Assembly: GCA_025558095.1 (NCBI GenBank)
Contig: JAIVFI010000024.1
Span: 124,001 to 188,000 of the forward strand
DNA: 64,000 nt
Source of the DNA: Hyaloraphidium curvatum SAG 235-1
Taxonomy: Eukaryota > Fungi > Monoblepharomycota
Direction of reading: 5' to 3'
The translations under genes and the position numbers were made by a program. Under the pieces are notes generated by a model. That model was given only the letters and a program-made list of their open reading frames with translations, was not told where the DNA came from and did no database searches. Within the stretch, counting starts at the first letter, position 1. Every line of letters begins with the position of its first letter. This document shows, one piece after another, positions 19,576-31,900 of the stretch.

Positions 19576-21233
19576 ATGGCCGCCCACGCGTGCCTCTGCC
19601 GGCCCGCCGAGGACGTGCGCGTCGGCAAGCCCCTGCAGCTCATCTGCCCGGCACACGGCCGCCGGCTGGTCCTGACGCCGCAGGGTAGGCTGCTCCTGAA
19701 GGGCCTGCCCGCCGGCGTGGGCCTCAAGCTGGTCTCGGTCGAGGGCTCGGCGCGCTGCGGCAAGACCACCCTCGTCAACGACATGGCCGCCTACATCAAC
19801 TCGTTCAACGCGCCGGACCGGCGCGTCGATCTGGCTCCCATGGCCACCGGGGACGGCGACGAGCCCGTCACGATCGGCATACAAGTTGTTGTCGTGCCGG
19901 ACCCGGCTGGCGGGCACTTCCTCCTCTTCGACGTGGAGGGGAAGGATCTGGGCGACGACAGCCTTCACCAGCTCCAGCTGGCTCTCATGTCGACAGTCGT
20001 TGGCCAGGTTCGTGCGCAGCGACGAGCACCGGCCGGACTTCGCTAAACCAGTTTGGCATACCTCAGACATTGTACGTGCAAGTCGGTGCTCCCACCAATG
20101 TCACGCTCCAAGGCATCGGCCGCATGGCCTCTGCGCGCCTGGGCATCAAGGGTGGGCTCGGCAACACGCACCCCGACCTGTGGGTCGTCATCAACCAGAA
20201 CGTCCTCCGCGTGCGGCCCGACGCCATGCAGAGGCTCCTGGCGGACGTTCCGGACCATCACCTCAACGAGACGCGCGCCGCCATCAGGCAGCTCTGGCCC
20301 ACCGTCAACCTGCACTGCGTCGGCGCCGGCCTCGAGCAGCCGTCCACGGTGCAGCAGCTCCGCGGGCTCGCCCAGGCCGTGTACGACCGCGCCCGGCCGC
20401 TCACGGCCGCCTGGACAATGGGCCGCGACGAGCCCGCGTCGGCCTGGCTCGACGGGCCGGCCCTCTGGCAGTACCTGAAGCTCCTCGTCGACACCGTCAA
20501 CAAGAGCGACCTCGTCGATCCCACGCCGGCCCTCCAGGCCACTTTGGAGACCATGATCAGGGCCCGGTACGATGCCGCCCTCGCGCAGTACTTTGGCGAG
20601 GTCGGCCAGGACCCCACCAACGTTCGGGAGGGCCTCGACGACGTCGACGGCGCCCGCGGGACGGCGGACGACTCGGCCGCCGCGCGGGTCAAGGCGCAGG
20701 TCGCGGAAAGGCTCGGCACCCTCGCGCGGTGCATCGCCCGGCTCTTCGCTGACGGCACCGAGAACCTGTGCATCACCGGCAGCACCCGCAGCTCCCGCGA
20801 CGAGCTGGCGGATCGGCTCCGCGGCGAGCTCGAGCGGGACATGCGGAAGTGGCACGCCCATTTCGACCGCATGCGCGCCATCGTGTCGACGACCACCGTG
20901 CACCACGCCACGGAGCGCACCCCCAAGTCCGAGTTCCATTCCAAGGAGGGCTGGAGGATCGGATTCTGGCAGGAATGGAACTATCACTACAACTACCGCC
21001 GCTGGGACGAGGTCGTCGAGTGGCACCGCACCAAGTACGTGCGGCGCAACGGGGACGTCTTCTTCGGGCCGCCCGAGGCGACGACCAGGCAGGAAAACAT
21101 GCGCGTCGAGCGCGGCGCCGCTCCCAGTCTGGAGGACCAGCTCCGCAGTGCGGGCGTTGCGCCAGAGGCAATCGGGCAGGTGCTCGAACAAATCGAGCAG
21201 GTCCGCAGGCAGCTGCCTCCCTTGTTCTCGTAG
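19576..21233 (+). CDS. Guanylate-binding protein (GBP)/atlastin-like large GTPase; intron 20008-20066
   Basis: PLQLI, G1 VSVEGSARCGKTTLVN (GxxRxGK), G2 VTIGI, G3 LLFDVEG, then a helical region. No TM segment. Confidence 0.75.
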
Positions 21234-21324
21234 TGGAGTCGGCCTCTTTGCCTTTCTCGTGTGGCTTTGCGCGGTGCAACAGCAACAGAGTCCCAGGTTA
21301 CTCGGAATGACTTGTCATGTACAA

Positions 21325-23785
21325 TCATCCCCAATCCCTGTCGTCGTCCTCGCCCCCCGTCGTCTCCACCTCCTCCAGCAAGCCCCTCCCGATCCCCTCC
21401 GCGACCGCCATCTCGCTACCCGCGCTCATCTCCGCCGCCCTCATCCCCGCCACCACCGCGTCGTCCGCCCTCGCGGGCCACATTCCCCTCGCCATGGCCG
21501 CCACCAGCGCCCCCGCGAGGGTATCCCCGGCGCCCGTCACCGAGACGGGCGAGATGTGCTTCGGGGGGAGGTGCTTGAACCGCATCCGCTCGCCGCCCGA
21601 GAGGGAGAAGCAGCACGTGCAGCCGCGGTTGTCGTGGTCCCCGCGCGGGGGGTCGCGCTGCGCGAGCAGGACGCCGCGCGGGCCGAGGGTCAGCACGATG
21701 TGCGGGAAGAGGAGCATGAGGGCGGCGAGCTTGGGGAGCAGGGATGCGTCGTCGCGCAGGATGTCGACCTTGGCGAGGACCTCGGCCACGCGGTCCTGCG
21801 AGGTGGCACGGGAGAGGACGTCCTTGCCGTCGGGGATGAGGCCGGCCTGGACGGCGGCGCCGTGGATGGCGTCGAGCTCGTCGCCGTTCGGTGTGATCAC
21901 GGTGACGAGGTCGGCAATGTCCGACAGGTCCGGCGTCGGGCGCGCGTGCGGCGCCAGCGCCTCGACGATTCGCACCGACTTGGCGCTCGACGTCGGCTCG
22001 AAAACAACTGCCAGATGAGCGCAAGGTGAGCAAGGAGGACGGAAGCTGGCGAAGAATGAACCCACATGGCACACCCGCGGCCTTGCAGCGCGCCGCGACC
22101 TCCCTCAACCCGTCTGCCGTCACGTTCCCGTCCGCCAGCACCGCCGGCGTCCCCTCCTCTCCCCCGGCCAGGTGCCTGTCCAGCCACGCGCCGATCCTGT
22201 CGGCCGTCAGCCCGTCCAGCGCCCTCATGTCCGCTACCCCGGCCAGCAATCCCCCCTGGGCATCCAGAATGCACGAGTAGATCGCCGTCGGGCTGCCCAC
22301 CGTCCCCACGGCCTCGACCGACATCCCCGACGCGCGCAGGCGGCCCAGCAAAGCGCGGCCGGCGACGTCGTCGCCCACCACGGAGCACAGCACGGGTTCG
22401 CCGCCAAGGCGGTGACACGCCTCGGCGACGTTGCGCGCGACGCCGCCGCTAGTCTGGCGGACGTGGCCGGGAGTCGAGGTGCCGAGCGCGGAGAAGGGGG
22501 AGGGCAGGAGGCGCGCGGTGATGTCGAGGACGGTGCCGCCGATGATGATGGGACGGTTCCGGGCGTGTGCAGGAGGGGAAGAGGGTTCGGGGAGGGAGTC
22601 GGAGGATGGTGTGGGCTCGGATTCGGGAAGAATGTTGACGCCCTCGGGGGTTTCGAGCAGCGGCAGGCCGTCGGGGTTGTCGGTGGGGAGGAGGTCCGCG
22701 GGATGCCGCAGAGGATGGTCGTGCGAGGCAAGCGAAACGGCGAGCGAGGCGGCCGTCCGGGCGTTGTTCAAATAAAGTCCAATGTCTGCAAAGGTGAAGA
22801 GCGCGAAACGGCACAAGGTCAGCGACATTCAAACCGGCCACGTCAAGGCGAACCCACTGGCCACGACAGACGCGCCCTTGGTCGCCACGCGCACGCGGTC
22901 GAGCACGAAAGGCGTCCACGCCTTGCCCGTGATCCCCCGCTCCTTGGCCTCCCTCCTCGCAGCGTCGATGGCCGCCTGTGCCAGCCTGCCGTCGGCCTCG
23001 AATTCCGCCGGGATCGGTACGGCGATCAGCGCGCCGGTCCGCGGGCGAAGGAGGAAATGAGCATGGAGGTAGCCCGCGAGCTCGGCGGGGTCCAGAGACA
23101 GCGGCGAGGGCGGGCCGTCGCGCGTGTAGAAGGTCGGGAAGGGCACGCTGCCGCCGCTCTCCGAAACGGTGGCCACGGGCACGCCCAGCGTCTCCAAATG
23201 TTCCAAAGTTGCCGCGACGTCCATGATCGACTTGACGCCCGCGCAGACAACGGCCACGGGGGTGTCCTCCAGCGCGAGCAGGTCCTCGGAGATGTCGTAC
23301 CGCGGGTCGGGCGCGGCGCCGCCGATGCCGCCGGTGGCAAAGACGCGGATGCCGACCAGCGAGGCGACGTGGGAGGTGGCAGACACGGTCGTCCCGGCGC
23401 ACAGGCGCGAGTGAACCGCGAAGGCGAGGTCGCGGCGCGCCGCCTTGATTGCCGACTTTGGCCTCTTGCTCGGATCCGCCAATCTTTCGAGCTCGTGCGC
23501 CTCCAGGCCCACTTTGATCCGCCCGTCCAGCACGCCGACCGAGGCCGGGATTGCGCCCGCGTTCCGCACGGCCGCCTCGGCCCGCAGCTGCGCGTCCAGC
23601 GCCTCGGGGAACGGCAGGCCGTGCGTCACGATGGCTGTTTCGAGCGCAACAACGGGCGCCCGCGACAGCAGCGCGTCGGTGACCGAGGCCGAGAGCGCCA
23701 CCGCTGGCGGCAACCCCGAAAGCGTCGACAGCCGCCGCGGCCGCGCGCAATGCCGCCAATACGAGAGCGCTCTTCGCAGCACCAT
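21325..23785 (-). CDS. Bifunctional pseudouridine-5'-phosphate glycosidase (PsuG/IndA) + PfkB pseudouridine kinase
   Basis: VVALETAIVTHGLPFP, TTVSAT, FATGGIGG, DISEDL, CAGVKSIMD, GKAWTPF. PfkB motifs GGVARNVA and SVTGAGDT. Two introns. Confidence 0.92.
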
Positions 23786-24075
23786 GGCGGGCGGCGCCGG
23801 CGCGGGAGGCGCGGGGAGTCAAGGCCGGCTCGCGTCGTCAACCTCCGTGCTGACCAAGCCGCGCTCCCGACCGCCCCAGCCCCCATGTCATTTCGAAGCC
23901 AATCGAGATACCACGGCCAATACTCATTGAAACCAACGAATATCAATACAGGATGTGTTTTTCAGACTCTACGACTTCCTATCGCAAGTCCCCGGCTCGA
24001 CATGTACTCGCAGCGTAGCCGTTGTGTCCCCCAGCACGGTGCCCGGGCGGCAAGCTCCAAAGGCCTCGTGAACGG

Positions 24076-27000
24076 TCAAGGAACTTCCACTACGATGGCG
24101 TTGGGGCTCCCCGCGACGCAGTCCTGAGAAGGATCGAAGCTGGGAGTCTCAGTCAGCCCCGCGTACTCGGTGAAAGACGTGCCGTTAATCCATGCGGCGA
24201 AGGTATAGATCGTCCCGCTGCCGTTGTCACCGATGCAAATCACGTATGTTCCCCTGGGATAGTCGCCTTCCCAGACCACGAGTTCGGGCCCGAAACCTTC
24301 CTCGTCCGAGTATTGGAGTGCGTTGCAATCATAGGGGTTGTCCTTGGAGATGCGATTGCAGTCCGGAGGCATTATGTACAGGTCCAGGTTGGCAGCCGTG
24401 TCCCAGACAAGTGTGAACAGGAGCGCGCCACTATATACGCATCGTTCGTTGAGGCAAAAGTAGCCAGTTTCGCAAGTTACGCCGTCGCATGTGGGTTCCA
24501 CGAAGTGTTCAATCACGCCTGGATTGCCGGCCACGCAGTCTTCCGCGGTGATATTGTACGCAAAAGGAGGCCAAATGTCGAGGTAGTTCAGGCCATACCG
24601 CCAGACAGTGAACTGGACGGCCAAAACTTCCGGAATCGTGCTGTAGACGCAGACGATGAAGTTACCGAACCGATTGTTCGACCTCAAAGAAGGCTCCGCT
24701 GTAGCAGGAAGGTCCTGCACGCAGGATGAGTCTTCACACCCGGGGGGCCTGACAAGCATTGCAAGCTTGTCCCAATACGTCTCGTTGTAAGCGTCGAACA
24801 GCAATGGTGTCCCCCTTGACATGCATCCGAAGCCGTAGTCGTCGCAAAGCTCGTCACTCCCGCAGGGCCTAGCATCTCGATTGGGGTGTGACGAATGGCA
24901 TATCTCATAACAGGTCCTGCCGTCGCCTTCGAAATCGTAGTCGCACAGACAGTCCGCGAAGCCACCGTTGTCGAAGCACGATGCGTTGCCCCCGCAGGTG
25001 AGCGAGCTCGCGGGGCATGGATCAACATCGCCGTAGAAGAAGTGCACGCACCATCCCAATACGGTTCCGGAACCCGACACGACCCGGTCCGCGATCGACA
25101 AGGTCCAATCCCCGCGCGGATCGTAGCCGTGCCATTCGAAAGGCTCCAGCGGTTTGAAGGCAGTCGTTGCGACACAACCTGTCGTGATATTGTCGCGTGC
25201 GGTGTCTGAGAAACCAATGGACGTGCGACCATATGGAATGCCACAGCCCCCATAAGAGTCACTCAACGACAAGGAGTTGACTGTTGAGTCACCTCCTGCC
25301 GATGTCTTGAGAAGGTTTATGTCGAGCGACCCAAAGTCTGGATGGATCATGTCGAGCTCCACAGCCATCCGTTTGAACGGGTCGGTATCAACGACATTGA
25401 TCGTAGAAGAGCGCTCCGTGTGGTCCGAAATGTGGAAAAGTTCCCCGCAGTGCGTGACCTTCCGAGGCCGGCACGTGTGGCCGTCGCCGACGAAATCTGG
25501 CAGGCAATTGCACGATGGTCCGTTGTTTATGTTCTCGCACGTTGCATCAGTCGAACATCCAGACACAGAGGGGTGGCATGGATCGAACTGGAGCCCACAA
25601 GGTTAGTCAAGCAGGTACTTCTCAATGCAGCGACTCACTGTCGTCCGGGTCCTCGAAGAAGTGGACCGCGTCCGGGAGGTCGAAATCGTAGATGTAGTTT
25701 TGCTCCGTGAGCTAGATGTCTCCGTGCGAGACGAAGAAGTTGCGGAGCGAGTCGAACTGGTCTGCGACCTAGAGGTGGTGAACGTTGCCGTCAGCGAGCT
25801 TGTTGTTTGCGAGCGGGTGATCGTGCCCGTGGAGGTAGTTGCTGTCCTGGTCGAAGTGACCTAGGCGGCGGAAGAACTCAGCAAAAGACACTACTCAACC
25901 AGATCCGTGCTCCACGTACTGGATTGCAGGTCCGACCGTCTCCCACGAACCCGACCTTGCAGGCGCAGGATGCCGACCCGGCGTTGTTGGAGCAGACGGC
26001 GTTGGCACTGCAGCCTCCATTCCCAGTGAGGCAGGGATTGAACGTGCAGGTCCGCCCGTCGCCTTCATACGAGGTCTTGCAGGTGCAGACAGCCGTCCCG
26101 CCGCCGTTGGCACAGTCCGCGTTGGGTGAACAGCCGCCGCTGCCGACGAGGCAGGGATTGAAGCTGCAGGTCCGGCCGTCGCCTTGGTACGACGCTTTGC
26201 AGGTGCAGACAGCCGTCCCGCCGGCGTTGGCGCAGTCCGCGTTGGGCGAGCAGCCGCCGTTGCCGACGAGGCAGGGATTGAAGCTGCAGGTCCGGCCGTC
26301 GCCTTGGTAGGAGGCCTTGCAGGTGCAAACCGCCGTCCCGCCGGCGTTGGCGCAGTCCGCGTTGGGCGAGCAGCCGCCGTTGCCGACGAGGCAGGGATTG
26401 AAGCTGCAGGTCCGGCCGTCGCCTTGGTAGGAGGCCTTGCAGGTGCAAACCGCCGTCCCGCCGGCGTTGGCGCAGTCCGCGTTGGGCGAGCAGCCGCCGT
26501 TGCCGGCGAGGCAGGGATTGAAGCTGCAGGTCCGGCCGTCGCCTTGGTAGGAGGCCTTGCAGGTGCAAACCGCCGTCCCGCCGGCGTTGGCGCAGTCCGC
26601 GTTGGGCGAGCAGCCGCCGTTGCCGACGAGGCAGGGATTGAAGCTGCAGGTCCGGCCGTCGCCTTGGTACGACGCTTTGCAGGTGCAGATCGGCGTCCCG
26701 CCGGCGTTGGCGCAATCGGCGTTGGGCGAGCAGCCGCCGTTGCCGACGAGGCAGGGATTGAAGCTGCAGGTCCGGCCGTCGCCTTGGTACGACGCTTTGC
26801 AGGTGCAGATCGGCGTCCCGCCGGCGTTGGCGCAATCGGCGTTGGGCGAGCAGCCGCCGTTGCCGACGAGGCAGGGATTGAAGGTGCAGGTCCGGCCGTC
26901 GCCTTGGTACGACGCTTTGCAGGTGCAGATCGGCGTCCCGCCGGCGTTGGCGCAATCGGCGTTGGGCGAGCAGCCGCCGCTGCCGACGAGGCAGGGATTG

Positions 27001-28544
27001 AAGCTGCAGGTCCGGCCGTCGCCTTGGTACGACGCTTTGCAGGTGCAGACAGCCGTCCCGCCGGCGTTGGCGCAATCGGCGTTGGGCGAACAGCCGCCGT
27101 TGTTGGTCTCACACGGGTTCCGGCGCGAGCACTGCTGACCGGTGCCGACAAAGCCGGCGTTGCAGGTACAGCGCACCACGTCGTTCACATATTCGCATCG
27201 CGCGTTTGGATCGCAGCCTCCGCGGCTGCTGAGTTCGCAGGGACTCGAAACACAGGTTCTTCCGTCTCCGAAGAAAACCGACCGGCAAACGCAGCGGCCC
27301 TGGATTCCCGTTGAATCGCCCACTCCTACGCAGAGAGCCTTTGCGTTGCAAGGAGGCTGACACTTGAGATCTCGAATGGTTCTGGCATTCCTGGCCCGCG
27401 ATACAAAGGCAGCGAAGGTGCTCGTGTACATGGTGACGGCGCTCATCTTTGCGTTCGGAAAGTCATGTCCGACGATTCCGAGAAGCTCCATGCGCGGCAC
27501 CGTTCGCCAGACCGGGCTGCCGGCTTGTCCAGTTGACGTGTCGCACTTAACTTCTCCTCGGGCCGTGATCCCGTCGGAACTAACGCTGCACGAAGTTTGG
27601 TACATGAGGCCTTTCTTATTGGCGGGTACGACGGGATAGCCGGCAGTCTTGATCACGCCGCTTATGGCAAGACCGGTGCCCGTCGTCATTTTCTTGGTTT
27701 TCTCCTCTGTGAGCGGAAGGTTGAGCTGGACTGCAGAAGGCGAGCGTCAACGCACGGAACATGGAGCTCCAGAGCACTTACTGATGGCGTAGTCAGACTC
27801 GGCCGCGACGAGCGTAATGCTGGCGTCGGCCTTTGGTCAAGCGGCCCTCGGACGTGCGTCTTCATCACACGCACTTTGACGACGCGTTCTCCACAAACTG
27901 CCTCGGCAAGAGCATCTTCTTGGCGGTGAAGCTTCCGAACCCTCTTTCCTCATAGCTGAGCCTGGCCACGGTGATCTTGACGCTGTCTGCCCAGACCGAA
28001 CTATGCACCTTTCGACTCGGGACCTTCGGGCCAAAGAGGCAGTGCGCGGCCGTGAGAACGAAGCTGCTGTCGACGACGGTCCCGGTGCTGAAGAAAATAC
28101 TTATGAGGAGGAGATCTTCAGTTCTTCCAGCCGGTGAACTCACCAGTATGAAATGCGGCCGGCGGTTTGGACCTCGATCTGCGCGATGCCCCCAAACGGA
28201 GCCTTCGTCCTGTCGTTCACTCGCGTCCGATCATCCGTTGGACCGAAGATCACGTTCGGCTGAAGCCCGGAGGTGCGCTTCGGCCGCGTGAGTTGGACGC
28301 GGGTGGGCGAGCGCGACGGGGCCGCCATGGTCGACGAGGCCCCGCGCGTCCCTCCATCTCGGGCCAAAATGCGTGGTTGCTTTCCCGGCAGCACGTGCGC
28401 GGAAGCTCCGCAGCAGACGAGCGCGATGGCGAGCAGGAAAGCGACCAGGAGATTGAGACTATGGGTGGCGACGTTTGTGACGCCGCCCGCGCCGCCCAGG
28501 TCTCGCCGTCCCGGGAATCGGGTCCCGGGTTGCCAAGGGTGCAT
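24076..28544 (-). CDS. Secreted modular protein: V8/glutamyl-endopeptidase-type S1 domain (catalytic Ser->Ala), ~14 EGF-like repeats, Ser/Thr stalk, convertase P-domain, YfaP-like domains
   Basis: VIFGPTDDRTRV, VLTAAHC, SDYAII, AGYP, CDTSTGQAGSPV; EGF array; GDWTLSIAD...GTVLGWCVHF; LVWDTAANLDLYIMPP...GPELVVW. Five introns, including 25861-25919. Confidence 0.8.
25922..27121 (-). repeat. Coding tandem array, 10 x 120-bp EGF-like units
   Basis: Unit NPCLVGNGGCSPNADCANAGGTAVCTCKASYQGDGRTCSF. Central copies are near-identical at DNA level. Confidence 0.95.
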
Positions 28545-28619
28545 GATCGAAGACACCACGGCAATAATGATCACTTTCGCCCTCCTTTCGGATGTCCAAA
28601 GAGTCGCGATGGAAGTCGG

Positions 28620-28670
28620 TCACGAAATCAGTCAGTCACGAAAGTCAGTCATGAAAAGTCAGTCAATCAG
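28620..28670. promoter_or_regulatory. Three tandem CAYGAAA..TCAGT motifs in the divergent intergenic region
   Basis: cacgaaatcagtcagt-cacgaaagtcagt-catgaaaagtcagt-caatcag. Confidence 0.4.
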
Positions 28671-28962
28671 GGATGGCTGAAGGGGGACAATCGATCACTG
28701 CCAAAAGGAGATTCGGAGGTCTGTTCGGGCGCTATCGCCTGCTCTCTGCCCGATAAGTGGCGCACAGCGCCTGCCGATCGTCTCCTCGGTGGCCGGTTCG
28801 CTGGCGGGGCTGAGGCACCCCAGGATCACGCCGGCGGCCGTCCGCCACTTCATCCCCATGGAGGCTGCTCGAGGTCGCGACTCGGAGAAGCCGCGCGAAC
28901 GGCGAGGCAGGCCCGCTCGGATGCGGTGGAACCAAGTCGTACAAGGTTCGCGCATCGGCGGC

Positions 28963-31900
28963 ATGGACCCGGCACCCAAATAAACCGCCTGCCGTCTCCG
29001 CGGCAGCTTCCATCGTCCTTTTTCTACTAGTGCTTGCAGTCTCCAAGCTGGTGGACGCCCAAAGGTGCACCGGCGGCAGGGTGCTGTGTCTCGATGAGTG
29101 CGTCTCCCTCGAGACAAACGTGGGTGATCCAACGGAAGCAACCTGATCAAGACTAACAAGCCTCGGTCTATTCTCGTTCGGTGCTTCGCCTCTGTTGTGC
29201 GCAATCGCATCGCTGTCGCCTCACCCAGATAGAGCACTGCGGCCGCTGCTTCAGATCCTGCGGGACAGGGCAAAGGTGCCAGGGCAGCGACTGTATATCC
29301 ACCTGCGGCGGAGGGCAACAGCTTTGCGATGGAGCCTGCACCGATTTAAGCTCGAGCGTGAGGCCCGACCGGTCTTGCCGCTTCTGCGCTCGCTGATCTC
29401 TTTGTTTCCAGGAGAGGCACTGCGGAGCTTGCGGTCGCCAATGCGGAGGAGGCGAAACCTGCCAAGGAGGCACCTGCAGGTTGAACTGCGGCGGCGGCAC
29501 GACAAACTGCGGGGGCCAGTGCGTCAGTTTGAACACGGACGTTAGTTGATCGAGGCGGCGGCATGGTGATCAACCTCTGAGACACTCATCCTTCGTGCCG
29601 ATAAACAGGCCAACTGTGGAGCCTGCGGACGTGCGTGCGGAGGCGGACAACGCGTAGGTCGACTTTGAATCGTGTTGGACGCGACCACTGACGAATTGGT
29701 GGCAGTGCAACGGCGGGACTTGCGTGTCTACGGACCCTTGCGCCGGCGTCAATTGCGGCAGCTTTTCGTCGTGTTCAGGAGGCAACTGCAACTGCAACCC
29801 CGGCTACGTCTCGGATTCGGGCGGTCGCAACTGCTACCCTCGTGACCCTTGCGCCGGCATTAACTGCGGTTCCTTTTCTTCCTGCTCCGGCGGCACCTGC
29901 ACCTGCAACCCCGGCTACACCTCGGACTCGGGCGGTCGAAACTGCTTCCCTCCCGACCCATGCCGCGGCCTGGATTGCGGATCCTTCTCGTCGTGCTCCG
30001 GCGGCACCTGCACCTGCAACCCCGGCTACACCTCGGACTCGGGCGGTCGAAACTGCTACCCTGCTGACCCGTGCCGGGGCGTGGACTGCGGATCCTTCTC
30101 GTCGTGCTCTGGCGGCACCTGCACCTGCAACGCCGGCTACGTCTCGGATTCGGGCGGTCGCAACTGCTACCCTCGTGACCCTTGCGCCGGCATTAACTGC
30201 GGTTCTTTTTCTTCCTGCTCCGGTGGCACCTGCACCTGCAACCCCGGCTACACCTCGGACTCGGGCGGTCGAAACTGCTTCCCTGCCGACCCATGCCGCG
30301 GCGTGGATTGCGGATCCTTCTCGTCGTGCTCTGGCGGCACCTGCACCTGCAACCCCGGCTACACCTCGGACTCGGGCGGTCGCAACTGCTACCCTGCCGA
30401 CCCGTGCCGCGGCGTGGATTGCGGATCTTTCTCCTCCTGTGCCAACGGATTCTGTTCATGCAACCCCGGCTACACCTCGGACGGCAACTCGGGTCGCAAC
30501 TGCTACCCCGTTGACCCTTGCAGGGGCGTCGATTGCGGTGCCAATGCTGGGTGCAGCAACGGCGCCTGCAGTTGCAGCCCCGGCTTTACCTCACCCACCA
30601 ACGACGGACGTGCCTGCGTGCCCGCAGACCCCTGCAGGGGTACAACGTGCGGCACTTCGTCGAGCTGCTCGAACGGCGTCTGTTCTTGCTTCCCCGGGCA
30701 CCAATCTCCGACTGGCAACGGCAGGGATTGCGTTCCCGTGGACCCGTGCCAAGGTGTCTCGTGCGGCTCTTTTTCGTCATGCAGAGGCGGGACTTGCACC
30801 TGCCAGCAAGGCTATGTTTCTCTCTCGGGCAATGGACGCGACTGCATCCCGGCAGACCCCTGTCAGGGCGTCACGTGCCCTGCCGGACAAACAGTGAGAT
30901 TTTCGTCACAGATTCCGCGCCGAACTCACCCCTGGACTTCCAGTGCCGCGACGGCCAATGCTCTTGTGCGACAGGCACTGCGTGCGGCTCGACCTGCGTC
31001 GCCCTCGACAGCGACGTCCAGAACTGCGGTTCATGCGGAGCTCCTTGTCCTTCCGGACAGAGCTGTGCTGGAGGCACTTGCACACTTGTTTGCGGAGCCG
31101 GGACGACCAACTGCGGAGGGCGGTGCTTGACGCTCAGCTCGGACGTGAGCTTCTTCGTTTGTGCTGTCCCTTTTCGTTGGTCACTGACTTCACTCCAGCC
31201 ATTCCATTGCGGCGCATGTGGCAATGCCTGTCCAACGGGGCAGGACTGCATCTCAGGGGCTTGCCAGCTCACCTGCACCGGCGGGACTACCAACTGCGGC
31301 GGCACCTGCGTCGACCTCGCTGCGAATCCCGGCCATTGCGGTCGTTGTGCAAACGCGTGCGGCTCGGGCTCCGTCTGCGTTTCGGGCACCTGCCGCGCCC
31401 CCACCCTGTCTTGCGGCACCGGCCAGACGAACTGCGCAGAAAAGTGCGTTGCCCTGGCTACGGACGTGCAAAACTGCGGATCGTGCGGTGCAATATGTTC
31501 GGCAAATCACACCTGTGCGAACGGCGTCTGCACTCTGACTTGCAACTCGGCTGCCTTGACTGCTTGCGGCAGTCGATGCGTGGACCTGAAGATCGACGTA
31601 AGTCACATCCACTTGTCTCAAGGCTTCGATGTGTTGATGATCGCACTTCAGCTCGACAACTGTGGATCGTGTGGAAGACCTTGCGCCGGCCAATGCACAG
31701 GCGGAACCTGCACGGACCGTCCTGCCACAACCACTACTTCGACCGCGCCCTCCGCTTCTCCGACTGCGGCAGAACCGAGCACCTTGGCGGCTGTCCCGAC
31801 CGCACCGCCCGCGCTACCCGCGGGAGCCCGCACCATCCCGGTACCGACACCGGTTGTTGCCATCCTGCGGGGGCAGCGCGGTCCGGTAGGCTGCCAGGCC

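Noticed and set aside
25922-30890. Tandem arrays as CRISPR or satellite DNA
   Set aside because: There are no unique spacers. Unit lengths are multiples of 3 and encode EGF-like domains in frame.
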